The notes beneath the pieces were generated by a model. That model worked only from the letters and a program-made list of their open reading frames with translations. It ran no database searches and was not told the DNA's origin. This document shows positions 28,773-37,865 of a DNA stretch of 58,305 nucleotides, one piece after another (the stretch's first letter is position 1; each line of letters starts with the position of its first letter). This DNA is from a virus. Location of the stretch: positions 1-58,305 of IMG/VR virus record IMGVR_UViG_3300025597_000015; one strand, written 5' to 3'. The position numbers and the translations under genes were made by a program.

Positions 28773-29469
28773 ACGGATTTGTGTTCAACTCGCCGTTCTC
28801 TGGAGCAGGATTGTCTTTTTCAATTGTGTCCTTAAATAAAATACCCGGTTCTCCATTCTTCCAAATACCATCAATAATTAAATCCATGATTTCTGGATCT
28901 GGATTTTTCATAAATTCATCTGTAAGTTTTACAGAAATATTGAAATTCGAGAGTTCTCCTTCTTTGTTTTTACATACAATAAAATCTTTAATTTCTGGAT
29001 GTGTAATATCTAAACATCCCATCATGGCTCCACGCCGAAGCCCACCTTGTTTTACAACATCGGTCATTGTGTTAAATACTTCCATGAAGGAAACTACACC
29101 AGAAGATACACCTTTGCGATTTCCTACTTTGCTTCCTTTTGGTCGAAGTTTACTAAAGTTGAAACCAACTCCACCCCCTCGCGCGAATATCTTTGCTGCA
29201 TTTTTATTTGCATCAAAAATACTATCAATTGAATCTTCTACATCCAAATAAAAACAAGCAGAGAGCATAGGATTATCTGTACCTGCATTCATCAAAGTGG
29301 GCGAATTGGGTAGAAAATCCTTATTAACCATTAAATTATAAAATTCTTTTTCTTGTTCTGGACTATTTGCAATATATTTTGCCACACGATGACAAATCCC
29401 ATCCCAATCGTTTTCCCCATCTACACAATAACGTTCTTTAAGAATTTTATCAACATACTCACTGGACAT
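28773..29469 (-). CDS. nrdJ: class II ribonucleotide reductase, exon 1
   Basis: Ends ...ENGELNTNP plus the first base of the Cys codon. ATG at 29469 after GGGGA. The unspliced frame hits TAA immediately. Confidence 0.85.
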
Positions 29470-29629
29470 TACCATTCCCCAAATCACGAACAAATTGAAT
29501 CAATTTTTCTTTTTCTTCTTTGGTTAAATTATTAATTTTAACATCCACATCATAAAATTCTTTTGATTTTTTCTCATCATCGAACCAATAATAATGTCTA
29601 TGTTCATTAATCCAATAATCGTGTGGCAT
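29459..29629 (-). CDS. small hypothetical protein (56 aa)
   Basis: TAATG overlap with the upstream gene; overlaps the nrdJ start by 11 nt. Confidence 0.4.
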   Translation of the reverse strand: MPHDYWINEHRHYYWFDDEKKSKEFYDVDVKINNLTKEEKEKLIQFVRDLGNGNVQ

Positions 29630-29952
29630 TATTCATCATCGTCCTTTTCTGTAATAATATGTGGTTCGATTCCTGTCTTTTCTTTCATGAATGGAAGAAT
29701 AACCGTTTCAAAACAGTTTCGACACACATGATATGACTTATTTACAAAATGAAAATCATCAATATCGTTATGTGATTCTTCCACGCATAATGTTGTAGAA
29801 CAATTATCATCCTGATCAAATTCTTCTGTCACTTCTCCACAAAATTCTCTTGCATTGTGAATTTCCTTTTTACAAATATCACAAGTGATTTTATATGATT
29901 TCTTTGTATATGATACTTCTTCTTCTTTAATAAGTTCTTTCATTAATACCAA
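29629..29952 (-). CDS. zinc-finger protein
   Basis: CDICKK ... CRNCF pairs. Confidence 0.6.
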   Translation of the reverse strand: MVLMKELIKEEEVSYTKKSYKITCDICKKEIHNAREFCGEVTEEFDQDDNCSTTLCVEESHNDIDDFHFVNKSYHVCRNCFETVILPFMKEKTGIEPHIITEKDDDE

Positions 29953-29955
29953 CTC

Positions 29956-30456
29956 CTATTTGTTATCATAACTTGCGCCTATTCCTCTACGTGGCACCGT
30001 TTTATTTCCAAATATCACAACAACACTTGGAAATGGTGCTGCATTTTTACAACCGCCAAATTTTAAACGTCCTTTAATATATCTTATTTCGGCATGAGAA
30101 ACTACATAAGTATGCCACCATTCTTGATCTGATTTTGTGCATGGAAGTAAAAATACAACTGTGCATCCTTGTATATATGCCTCAAATCCTTTTATAATCC
30201 ATTTTTCCAAATTATTATATGGAGGATTACAAAAAATTGATTTACACGTTCCATTTCCTTTTGCTTTAACATTCCACCAATTAATAGTCAAAGCATTATC
30301 TTCTTCGCTATAATAAATCAAACCATCAGGACATTTACAATTTTCATTTGTACAAGCAGCATCCAATTCAAAATGAAATTCATCATCTAATTGTTTATAT
30401 AACCAATTCGGAGTCGTCCAGTCGGCAGATTTAGATGATATAAAAATATTATTCAT
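29956..30456 (-). CDS. phage-type DNA N6-adenine methyltransferase
   Basis: WTTPNWLY...FELDAAC...FCNPPY motif order is typical of the phage Dam family. Confidence 0.8.
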   Translation of the reverse strand: MNNIFISSKSADWTTPNWLYKQLDDEFHFELDAACTNENCKCPDGLIYYSEEDNALTINWWNVKAKGNGTCKSIFCNPPYNNLEKWIIKGFEAYIQGCTVVFLLPCTKSDQEWWHTYVVSHAEIRYIKGRLKFGGCKNAAPFPSVVVIFGNKTVPRRGIGASYDNK

Positions 30457-30679
30457 GATGCTGTCCTAAACGAATATTACGACCGAGAATTCCATTTTCA
30501 TCAATAACATAATCATTATGCTTTGTAACTATATAAAATTTTCCACCATTGGAAAGATCAGATGTAATATCTATATAATTATTATTACTATTTACTAAAA
30601 TAATATGATTAGCAGCAACAGGAATAATTTTCAAATATGGATCATTAATAATATTTTCAATATCTTTATTTCGTTTCAT
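30449..30679 (-). CDS. hypothetical protein
   Basis: 76-aa ORF overlapping both neighbours. Confidence 0.55.
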   Translation of the reverse strand: MKRNKDIENIINDPYLKIIPVAANHIILVNSNNNYIDITSDLSNGGKFYIVTKHNDYVIDENGILGRNIRLGQHHE

Positions 30680-31383
30680 TCTTCACCCACTCTTTTCTTT
30701 GCCAATTCAATATACTTTTCTTCTTTCTCAATACCAATGCAGATACGATTTAAGTTCTTACAAGCAACTGCTGTTGTACCAGATCCCAAACAATTATCTA
30801 ATACAATGTCTCCCTCATTGGTATATGTTTTAATTAAATATTCAAACAATGCCACCGGTTTCTGTGTAGGATGAACTTTGTTTTTGTCATAGGAAAAACA
30901 CAAAATTGATCTGGGATAATTGGTAAACGCCTGCATGTTTTCCAACCCAGCAGAATTTCCATAATTTGAACCATGCCCCCCTCGTCTAACTACTTTGTTG
31001 AAAGGAACCAACCCCTGTGGATTATAAGTTGGAAACTTTTTATAAAACACTAATATACTTTCATGTATTTTCATAGGTATCTTATGTGCCGTAAGATATC
31101 CCGTTGCATTATCCTTAACCCAAATATATTCATATTTTAACCACTCGATGTTAGAAGATCCCAACAAAGAAGTAAATGGTTGTGAAGAGGTAAATACAAA
31201 CGCAGCGTTATCTTTTGCTATTCTTTTATATTGATCCCATAATTTGTTTAATGGAATTATTTCATCCCATGAATTATGTGTTGTACCATAAGGCAAATCA
31301 GTTAATACCATATCCACGCTCTTATCTTCCATTCTTCCCATTACTTCTAAACAATCACCTTGTATAATCATATTTTTTACCAT
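30676..31383 (-). CDS. DNA methyltransferase (N4/N6 family)
   Basis: IIQGDCLEVM, VLTDLPYGT (DPPY-type) and C-terminal LDNCLGSGTTAVAC (AdoMet site). Start is uncertain (31383 or 31371). Confidence 0.8.
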   Translation of the reverse strand: MVKNMIIQGDCLEVMGRMEDKSVDMVLTDLPYGTTHNSWDEIIPLNKLWDQYKRIAKDNAAFVFTSSQPFTSLLGSSNIEWLKYEYIWVKDNATGYLTAHKIPMKIHESILVFYKKFPTYNPQGLVPFNKVVRRGGHGSNYGNSAGLENMQAFTNYPRSILCFSYDKNKVHPTQKPVALFEYLIKTYTNEGDIVLDNCLGSGTTAVACKNLNRICIGIEKEEKYIELAKKRVGEE

Positions 31384-31508
31384 CCAATAATTTCGCAACA
31401 ATATGTATCTTTATAAGGGCAGGTTTCGTGTGAGTGTCCTAAATTACACATTGGATAATCATCTTCATCATCAAATGTTTCATCATATTCAGGACAAACT
31501 GGTTTCAT
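31377..31508 (-). CDS. small Cys-rich acidic protein (43 aa)
   Basis: ATGA overlap with the prim-pol stop. Confidence 0.35.
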   Translation of the reverse strand: MKPVCPEYDETFDDEDDYPMCNLGHSHETCPYKDTYCCEIIGW

Positions 31509-32371
31509 TCTTCTACCAACTCTTCAATATCTGCCACAAGTGCATGTGTCATCGCCATATTAATAGTCCTATTTCTATAATATGAGGTTTCCCATTTTGA
31601 ACGATATAATTTAGATGCACGGAAAATCAAATCAATTTCATGTGCATTGTTTGTATGTCGTGCAAGAATATAACAAAATGTAAAGTCCGCTTCACTGTGA
31701 GATGTAAAATTTGAAATATCTCCTTCAATAAGTTTATTAAATAATTCTTTATATTTGCTAATACGACACCGTGCAATAATATCCTTCATCTTATCAACAT
31801 TGGTTTCCTTTGTCTCAAAAGTGAGAGTCTTAACTGGTGTCTTTTTAACTTCTAAAGACTTCAGAAAACTTTCAATTGTTCCTTCAGGGGCTTCGCAAAT
31901 ATTCAATGGTGTTAATGGCAGATGTTTTCCTGTAAAAGTAAAGAATCTACCACGCGAATAAATTTCTTTATTTCCTTTTCGGCATGGTGAGCCTTTGGGA
32001 ATTTTGCCCTTACAAATACAATGGATTCCATTACCCGAAGGCGAATATTCGGCATAAGATTCAAAGCCCAAAACTTCCTTATGAACCTGATAATCTAATA
32101 TACCATCAACAATCACATTGTCCCAATCTACACCAATAAATGGATCTCCATCAGTGAATACAAATCCAATGCCATCAAAATAATTACTTTCATTTAGCAT
32201 TTTTATTGCTTCTGTAATTGTAGTCCAAGTAGTGGGATTTGTTGTGCTTGCAAATGTTCCTTTAGTTGTAAAGGGAATCTTTGTCCATTTATTATTTACT
32301 TTTTCATATCTCCACATAACCCACTGTGCATATTTCTGCAATTCTTGTGGAACCTTATCTATTAACATCAA
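31505..32371 (-). CDS. primase-polymerase (prim-pol, archaeo-eukaryotic primase superfamily)
   Basis: WVMWRYE...KIP...GIGFVFTDGDPFIGVDWD...GNGIHC pattern of bifunctional prim-pol N domains. Confidence 0.7.
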   Translation of the reverse strand: MMLIDKVPQELQKYAQWVMWRYEKVNNKWTKIPFTTKGTFASTTNPTTWTTITEAIKMLNESNYFDGIGFVFTDGDPFIGVDWDNVIVDGILDYQVHKEVLGFESYAEYSPSGNGIHCICKGKIPKGSPCRKGNKEIYSRGRFFTFTGKHLPLTPLNICEAPEGTIESFLKSLEVKKTPVKTLTFETKETNVDKMKDIIARCRISKYKELFNKLIEGDISNFTSHSEADFTFCYILARHTNNAHEIDLIFRASKLYRSKWETSYYRNRTINMAMTHALVADIEELVEE

Positions 32372-32434
32372 TTCTAATCCTCCATTGTAAACAATTTGTT
32401 ATCTTTAGAGCATGTGTTTGAAAAATATGTATAT

Positions 32435-32755
32435 TTATTCATTTTCAATACATGCAATTGTATTATCTTTAATTTCAATTGGAATAATAACTACCCATTG
32501 AAATTCAACGTATGACTTAAATGTCACATGTTCTATGTCGCCATCCCAAAAGACACGAACGTTCTTTCCTGCTGCATCAACAATACCAAAACGATTATCA
32601 AAGCAGCGAATCACGACACCATTATTAAGATAAATCTCGAAATTCTCATCTGGTTTCTCATAAAGATATTCTTTATTGTTTACAAAAATTGAGATGAGAT
32701 TATTTTTACCACGCGGACAATTATCTACCCAAATTTCATATTCATACACCGACAT
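32435..32755 (-). CDS. hypothetical protein
   Basis: ATG at 32755 after GGAGG; the track's longer start overlaps the upstream gene by 65 nt. Confidence 0.55.
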   Translation of the reverse strand: MSVYEYEIWVDNCPRGKNNLISIFVNNKEYLYEKPDENFEIYLNNGVVIRCFDNRFGIVDAAGKNVRVFWDGDIEHVTFKSYVEFQWVVIIPIEIKDNTIACIENE

Positions 32756-33449
32756 TATTTTCCTCCACATATCTACACATTCCACAAACTGCACATTTCT
32801 TATCAAATGGCATTTTTGGAAAGTCGTTATTTTCTATTGCACAACGAAGTTTCTCAATTTTATTTTCCATTGCCTTAAGAGATTTGTTATATGATTTCAT
32901 ATACTGATAGACGCCGCGTCTAGGATTAATCAGCAAAAACTGTGTTGTTTTTCCTTTGTCGCCATATTTTTCATCCCAAAGCAATCTATAAAATGAGAGT
33001 TCGCTGCGGATACTTGACAGATTAACCACATTGCCTGTTTTATATTCAACCAGTGTGACTTCTTTTCCTTTTTCTTTAATGTCAACACGATCAATATAGC
33101 CCTTTAAATCCAGAGCATCGGAATCAATTCTAATTTCCCGTGCAAGTGGTATAAATTCATCTACGCGATTTTTCTTTACTAAATCATCATATCTAAATCG
33201 CTCCTGCTCTACAAAATACTTACATTGTTCTTGTTCATCTTTATCAAGCGACTCAATTGGAAATAAATTTAACCAATCTTTTGGTTCTTCAGTTTCATAT
33301 TTATCAAAGAACTTTTCAAACAAACTGTGCATTTTTGTGCCACTTGTCATTGCCCGTGTTGGTGGAAGTCTTACTTTCTTAATATAAGACATATAGAATT
33401 TATTGGGACAAAAGCAAAACGAAGTGACCATTGATTTAGAGAGACGCAA
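32742..33449 (-). CDS. Cas4/RecB-like PD-(D/E)XK exonuclease
   Basis: N-terminal Cys (SFCFCPNKF), core GYIDRVD...LVEYKTG, C-terminal CAVCGMC triad. Confidence 0.7.
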   Translation of the reverse strand: MRLSKSMVTSFCFCPNKFYMSYIKKVRLPPTRAMTSGTKMHSLFEKFFDKYETEEPKDWLNLFPIESLDKDEQEQCKYFVEQERFRYDDLVKKNRVDEFIPLAREIRIDSDALDLKGYIDRVDIKEKGKEVTLVEYKTGNVVNLSSIRSELSFYRLLWDEKYGDKGKTTQFLLINPRRGVYQYMKSYNKSLKAMENKIEKLRCAIENNDFPKMPFDKKCAVCGMCRYVEENNVGV

Positions 33450-33533
33450 TTCTTCACAAACTCCTTATTTACAAAATGGAAATATTTAATATTCCCTGTT
33501 CAACGGACAAGCCATTGTTTTATAAATAAGAGT

Positions 33534-33734
33534 CTAAATTTTCCAACTCCCATTAGCAATCCATTCATGAACCCATGTCTGTAATCTACCACAGTTTGAA
33601 CAAATCAAACCATCTTTTGTTGCTATTAATCTAATATGATTTCCACAGGTACATGTCAAGGGATGCATATATGCTGCACACTGATATTCATTTATATGTT
33701 TAATTTCTTCATCGGTAAATGGTGCAGATTTCAT
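33534..33734 (-). CDS. small zinc-binding protein
   Basis: CTCG...CSNCG. Confidence 0.55.
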   Translation of the reverse strand: MKSAPFTDEEIKHINEYQCAAYMHPLTCTCGNHIRLIATKDGLICSNCGRLQTWVHEWIANGSWKI

Positions 33735-34360
33735 AAATAAGCAATCCTCTTTGCATCCTGTAAATCAGATTCATAGACATGAGCACAATTCGAGATTGTT
33801 GTCAATGTTCCAATTTTAACTTTAATTAATTCTGCTACATGTTCTTGTAACCTCATTAGTCCATATGCATTTGCTCCCCAAGCCTGACAAATATCATTGC
33901 TTCTAAACATAGCAATCATATTTAATTCTCCAAAACGATTAATAAATTGAACATTCTGAAGGCAGGGTGGTTCATCGCTGAATGCATCAACAAATGGCGT
34001 CCATGTAATAGCGATTGCACGACGACTATTTGGTGCCCTTTGTAATTTATCTATAATTATTGCTATCTGATCAAGACTCCCATTATATTTATGTAGTCGT
34101 TCTCCATAAGTATAAGAAAATCCTTTATTAAATTCTGTTGTAATTTCAGGCACATATTCATCCAACATACGTTGTGAATATTTATATTCATTGTGTCTGA
34201 ATGGTGCAATATTTGGGTGTGTAACAGTTATTGCAAGTGGCGACTGGAGTTCAAGTGTTTCTTTACCATTTTCAGTAATAACTTTTTCTCCAAACTCAAT
34301 CACACGCGCAACTGCTTCACTGTGTGCCCGTGCAATAGAATCTGCATAAACTTCATACAT
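33731..34360 (-). CDS. thymidylate synthase-like enzyme (short ThyA fold)
   Basis: EPPCLQNVQF (catalytic Cys) and FRSNDICQAWGANAY, which aligns with RSxD...N of ThyA. Its ~209 aa resemble the short methanogen-type enzymes. Confidence 0.7.
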   Translation of the reverse strand: MYEVYADSIARAHSEAVARVIEFGEKVITENGKETLELQSPLAITVTHPNIAPFRHNEYKYSQRMLDEYVPEITTEFNKGFSYTYGERLHKYNGSLDQIAIIIDKLQRAPNSRRAIAITWTPFVDAFSDEPPCLQNVQFINRFGELNMIAMFRSNDICQAWGANAYGLMRLQEHVAELIKVKIGTLTTISNCAHVYESDLQDAKRIAYL

Positions 34361-34634
34361 TTTTTACACCAATATAAATCTCGAAATAAATACTACCATC
34401 TTTATCTGCTCTATCAACAGTAATTGAATTGATCTGTGTCCCTACATAAATTTCAAAAGCAACAGGATCGTCAAAACCACCAAGAAGGTTATCATTACAA
34501 TAGATACTGCCAGAAATATTTTCTGCTTCATAGGTTTTAATTGCTCCTGATTCATTTTCCAATTCACACACGAATGAATCTCCGTGCTGTTCTACCACAA
34601 AACTTGTTAAATTTTTAAATATTTCTAATTCCAT
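34353..34634 (-). CDS. hypothetical protein
   Basis: ATG at 34634, overlapping the PolB stop by 10 nt. Confidence 0.5.
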   Translation of the reverse strand: MELEIFKNLTSFVVEQHGDSFVCELENESGAIKTYEAENISGSIYCNDNLLGGFDDPVAFEIYVGTQINSITVDRADKDGSIYFEIYIGVKNV

Positions 34635-36850
34635 AAATCGTCTCCAAATGTTGTTTGTCCACAAATAACACAATCCCATGAATAGCCAAGACTTTCAATA
34701 AGACTTTTCATTTTCTGTGTAATCAGCCTATCTGCCATTTTAAAGTAATCAATAGTTATTTTTTCTTTAATTAATTCTTCTGGTGTATCATCCTCAATAC
34801 ATATTTCTTTATAAGGAGAGACACAATATAATAATTTTGGTTTCTTTGACAAATCAAATCTTATTCCTAATAATTCAGCACCATTACGGGTGCCTTTAAT
34901 ATGTGCTGACTCCACACCAAAAGAATGAATTGCTTTAGGAATTGCTATCTGATGTGCTTTAATATTTCCAGAAGATAAATCTTTATATGCTTTCTTAACA
35001 ACATTGATTGCTTTTTGTTCATCTCCGTTTATAAGAAGTTCTTTAAAGAAATCTTCCATTATTTCTTTTGTATATGGTGCAGTATCAGAACGTTTAATCT
35101 CAATTCCTGTATAATCAATATCTTCTACATCTTTACCATCTTTCCAAATTAATCGACCTGCATATTTCTTACGTGCTGCTTCTTCACCAGATGTTCGCTT
35201 TTTGAAAAATAATCTTTTGTAATATTTTTCAAATTTGACTATTGGCGCGAATTCATCTTTAATATTATAACCTTTAGCCCATTGTTTTAAATAATTATTT
35301 ACATCAGATTCTAATTGTTTTGCTTCTTCAACGGAATTAATATTTTCTATAAATGTACTATCTGTGTCGTTATAGCAAACTTTATATCCTTTCTCTTCAA
35401 TAAATTTACTCATACCTTTAACTATTTCACGTCCGGTTTGGGTAATTTCTGCTGCACAATTTTCATCAAATAGTTTAAAATATGGACTGGCGATCACACC
35501 ATAATGAGCATTTGCTATAAATTTTAAAGATTGTTCTGTAATTTTATCTATTTCTGTTGCTTTACCTTCTAATTTTAATTTACGATATTTTTCTCGTTCA
35601 TTTAAAATAAACGTAATTACTTTCGGAATCATGAAATCTACGTCGGGACTGATGTTTTTAGCAATAATAATAGAAGGATAAAGAGATTTAGCATCTAAAG
35701 TTGCTACGTTATTTTTTATACCCATTGTTGGTTGTTTTACATAACCGCCTTCGATTCCTTTTGCATTATGTTTCTTTCTATGTGGCATTGGTTTAATTCC
35801 ATGCCGCATTAAAAGAGTTTCAACAATATGTGTTCTTTTAATTGTGCTTTCAAATTTAATTCCACACAATCTGCGAAGATTTTCGTGATACCCAACTAAA
35901 TTTGCTTTAACATCAATTTTTTGGAGCGCAAGAACATCATTAAAGTTATATTCAACTAATGTATTCCAATCATTATTAGCAATTAAAGTTTGAATCTTTG
36001 CACCAAAGGCTTCGTATTCAAATCCCGCAAAATGTTTTGAAATATATTTTAAACCATAACTTGGAAATTGACCAAGCGGTTTACTCCAATCTTTGAAATA
36101 AACCATCATATCCATATGCACACGCCCTGATAATCTATCGGGTTTCTCGATCTCCATATCTGTGCGTGATAGTGGTTTTGTAGATATATTATAAATCCGC
36201 GCCCTCCCTAAAATATATGGCATATCAAAATCAATACTATTCCAGCCAGCAATAATATCAGGATTGGACTCTTTAATATATTTAAAAAATTCTGTTATTA
36301 GTCCCTGCTCATCATGGCAAGGCACTTGTTTATTATGAACCTTTTTATCGCCAATAGTAAATACTTTGCCTTCTCCATTATAAGAATCAAGTGTGGATAT
36401 TGCAACAATTGGATATTTATTTTTTTCTTCATCGATTTGTTCTCCCACAGGAATATTAACTTCAATATCAAAATAACACACACGGGGCATTAATGGGGTT
36501 GTGATTTCTACTGGTTGCATTTTCTCATTAAATGCATATGTTATTTTATTATCTAATAGATATTGCATTTCATATGCTATATCTGAATCAAAGGTGGCAA
36601 TGTTCTGTGCTTTATATTGTTCGCGTTTCTTTTGCAAATCTATTGGATTTAAACAATCAATGCGCGATATTGGCACACCAAAGCAATTTAATTCCGTGCC
36701 TCTTTTATCTTCAATATACATATGGGGCTTAAAACCACGAATTGTTATAGTGCGAAGTTTCTTTGTATCCTGTTCCCGTGCAAATATTAAAATTGTCGGT
36801 GAGCCATGAATATATTTCCATGTGATTGATTCCCATATGTAAACTGTCAT
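34625..36850 (-). CDS. polB: family B DNA polymerase
   Basis: Exo I YFDIEV, motif A LDAKSLYPS, motif C YNDTDS, KKYAG. Confidence 0.9.
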   Translation of the reverse strand: MTVYIWESITWKYIHGSPTILIFAREQDTKKLRTITIRGFKPHMYIEDKRGTELNCFGVPISRIDCLNPIDLQKKREQYKAQNIATFDSDIAYEMQYLLDNKITYAFNEKMQPVEITTPLMPRVCYFDIEVNIPVGEQIDEEKNKYPIVAISTLDSYNGEGKVFTIGDKKVHNKQVPCHDEQGLITEFFKYIKESNPDIIAGWNSIDFDMPYILGRARIYNISTKPLSRTDMEIEKPDRLSGRVHMDMMVYFKDWSKPLGQFPSYGLKYISKHFAGFEYEAFGAKIQTLIANNDWNTLVEYNFNDVLALQKIDVKANLVGYHENLRRLCGIKFESTIKRTHIVETLLMRHGIKPMPHRKKHNAKGIEGGYVKQPTMGIKNNVATLDAKSLYPSIIIAKNISPDVDFMIPKVITFILNEREKYRKLKLEGKATEIDKITEQSLKFIANAHYGVIASPYFKLFDENCAAEITQTGREIVKGMSKFIEEKGYKVCYNDTDSTFIENINSVEEAKQLESDVNNYLKQWAKGYNIKDEFAPIVKFEKYYKRLFFKKRTSGEEAARKKYAGRLIWKDGKDVEDIDYTGIEIKRSDTAPYTKEIMEDFFKELLINGDEQKAINVVKKAYKDLSSGNIKAHQIAIPKAIHSFGVESAHIKGTRNGAELLGIRFDLSKKPKLLYCVSPYKEICIEDDTPEELIKEKITIDYFKMADRLITQKMKSLIESLGYSWDCVICGQTTFGDDLWN

Positions 36851-36854
36851 TTTA

Positions 36855-37028
36855 TCACTTATACCAATGTTTATGCGAACTATTTTCTAATTTTTCAATT
36901 TTGGATTCTAATTTATTAATTCGTTGATCTAACCAAAGCAATTTTCCTTCAGATTGTTCAATTATGGCACATTTTGGAATAATTAACCTATAATCACAAA
37001 ATTCACCAGAACAAAATTTAACTTCCAT
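36855..37028 (-). CDS. small hypothetical protein (57 aa)
   Basis: Fills the gap between the Sak4-like gene and PolB; N-terminal Cys pair plus a coiled coil. Confidence 0.4.
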   Translation of the reverse strand: MEVKFCSGEFCDYRLIIPKCAIIEQSEGKLLWLDQRINKLESKIEKLENSSHKHWYK

Positions 37029-37761
37029 CTAACCACTTTTTAATAGTTTTTCCCACATCTTCTGATAATTTAACTGACTTACCATCAAAAAGTCCAGTCC
37101 TATCTTTTGATGGATATGCATTATGTTCAGAGTCTATATCAAATACAATTGTCATTTCGTGGTCAAGTCCTTCGCGCTGAATTGGGGCTAAACCTAATTT
37201 ACGAATTATAGTTCTTCCCGTTGCATCTTTATCAATTGCGTATTCGGGTTTTGAACGCATTGTTGCAATCAAATGACATTTTGTAGCAAGCATTTTATCC
37301 ACAAATTTCGTGTGAAGGGGGGTTATTTTTGCCCAACTTTGATAACTATTACCAGAACGTGCGGTTTCTTGATTTTGACGTTCGAGTAATCCACCACTTC
37401 CAGCCCATGCATGGGAAATACTATCAAGAATAATTACATCATATCCGCTCTGTTCACCCATTTCTATTGCTTGAATATATTTTTCAATAGTATAAGGTGC
37501 TTCTAATGGAAGAACATCATATTCTACAACTCCCGCATAAAGATCACCAGAACCACTTTCTGTATCTACTAATAAAATTTTTTCTCCGAGTCCTCTAGCA
37601 ACAAGAAGTGCACCATATGTTTTTCCTGTCCCAGATGTTCCACAAATACCCAAACGCATTTTAGCCTGTTTGCGCTGTGCTTTGTGGATAGTCATTTTTC
37701 CTGTTTCTGAAACATTCAGTGGTGGTAATTCATCAATCTTTTTCGTTAATGCCATTGTCAT
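37018..37761 (-). CDS. Sak4-like RecA-fold ATPase (AAA_24 type)
   Basis: GICGTSGTGKTYGAL (Walker A) and ILLVDTESG are typical of phage Sak4-type recombination ATPases. Confidence 0.7.
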   Translation of the reverse strand: MTMALTKKIDELPPLNVSETGKMTIHKAQRKQAKMRLGICGTSGTGKTYGALLVARGLGEKILLVDTESGSGDLYAGVVEYDVLPLEAPYTIEKYIQAIEMGEQSGYDVIILDSISHAWAGSGGLLERQNQETARSGNSYQSWAKITPLHTKFVDKMLATKCHLIATMRSKPEYAIDKDATGRTIIRKLGLAPIQREGLDHEMTIVFDIDSEHNAYPSKDRTGLFDGKSVKLSEDVGKTIKKWLDGS

Positions 37762-37865
37762 TCACCAATTTTAATACAAGTTCTCTACCAATTTTATATT
37801 GATTGTTTTTAACTTTTTCAAGAATATCAAATGCTTCATCAATATCTATAATTCACCAAAAATTA

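Noticed and set aside
28516-28835. Plus-strand ORFs 28516..28713 and 28635..28835 inside the nrdJ interruption, considered as a possible homing endonuclease.
   Set aside because: They lie antisense to the intron and gene, have no SD, and show no LAGLIDADG, GIY-YIG, HNH or His-Cys motifs. They are explained by the relative G+C richness of the ribozyme core.
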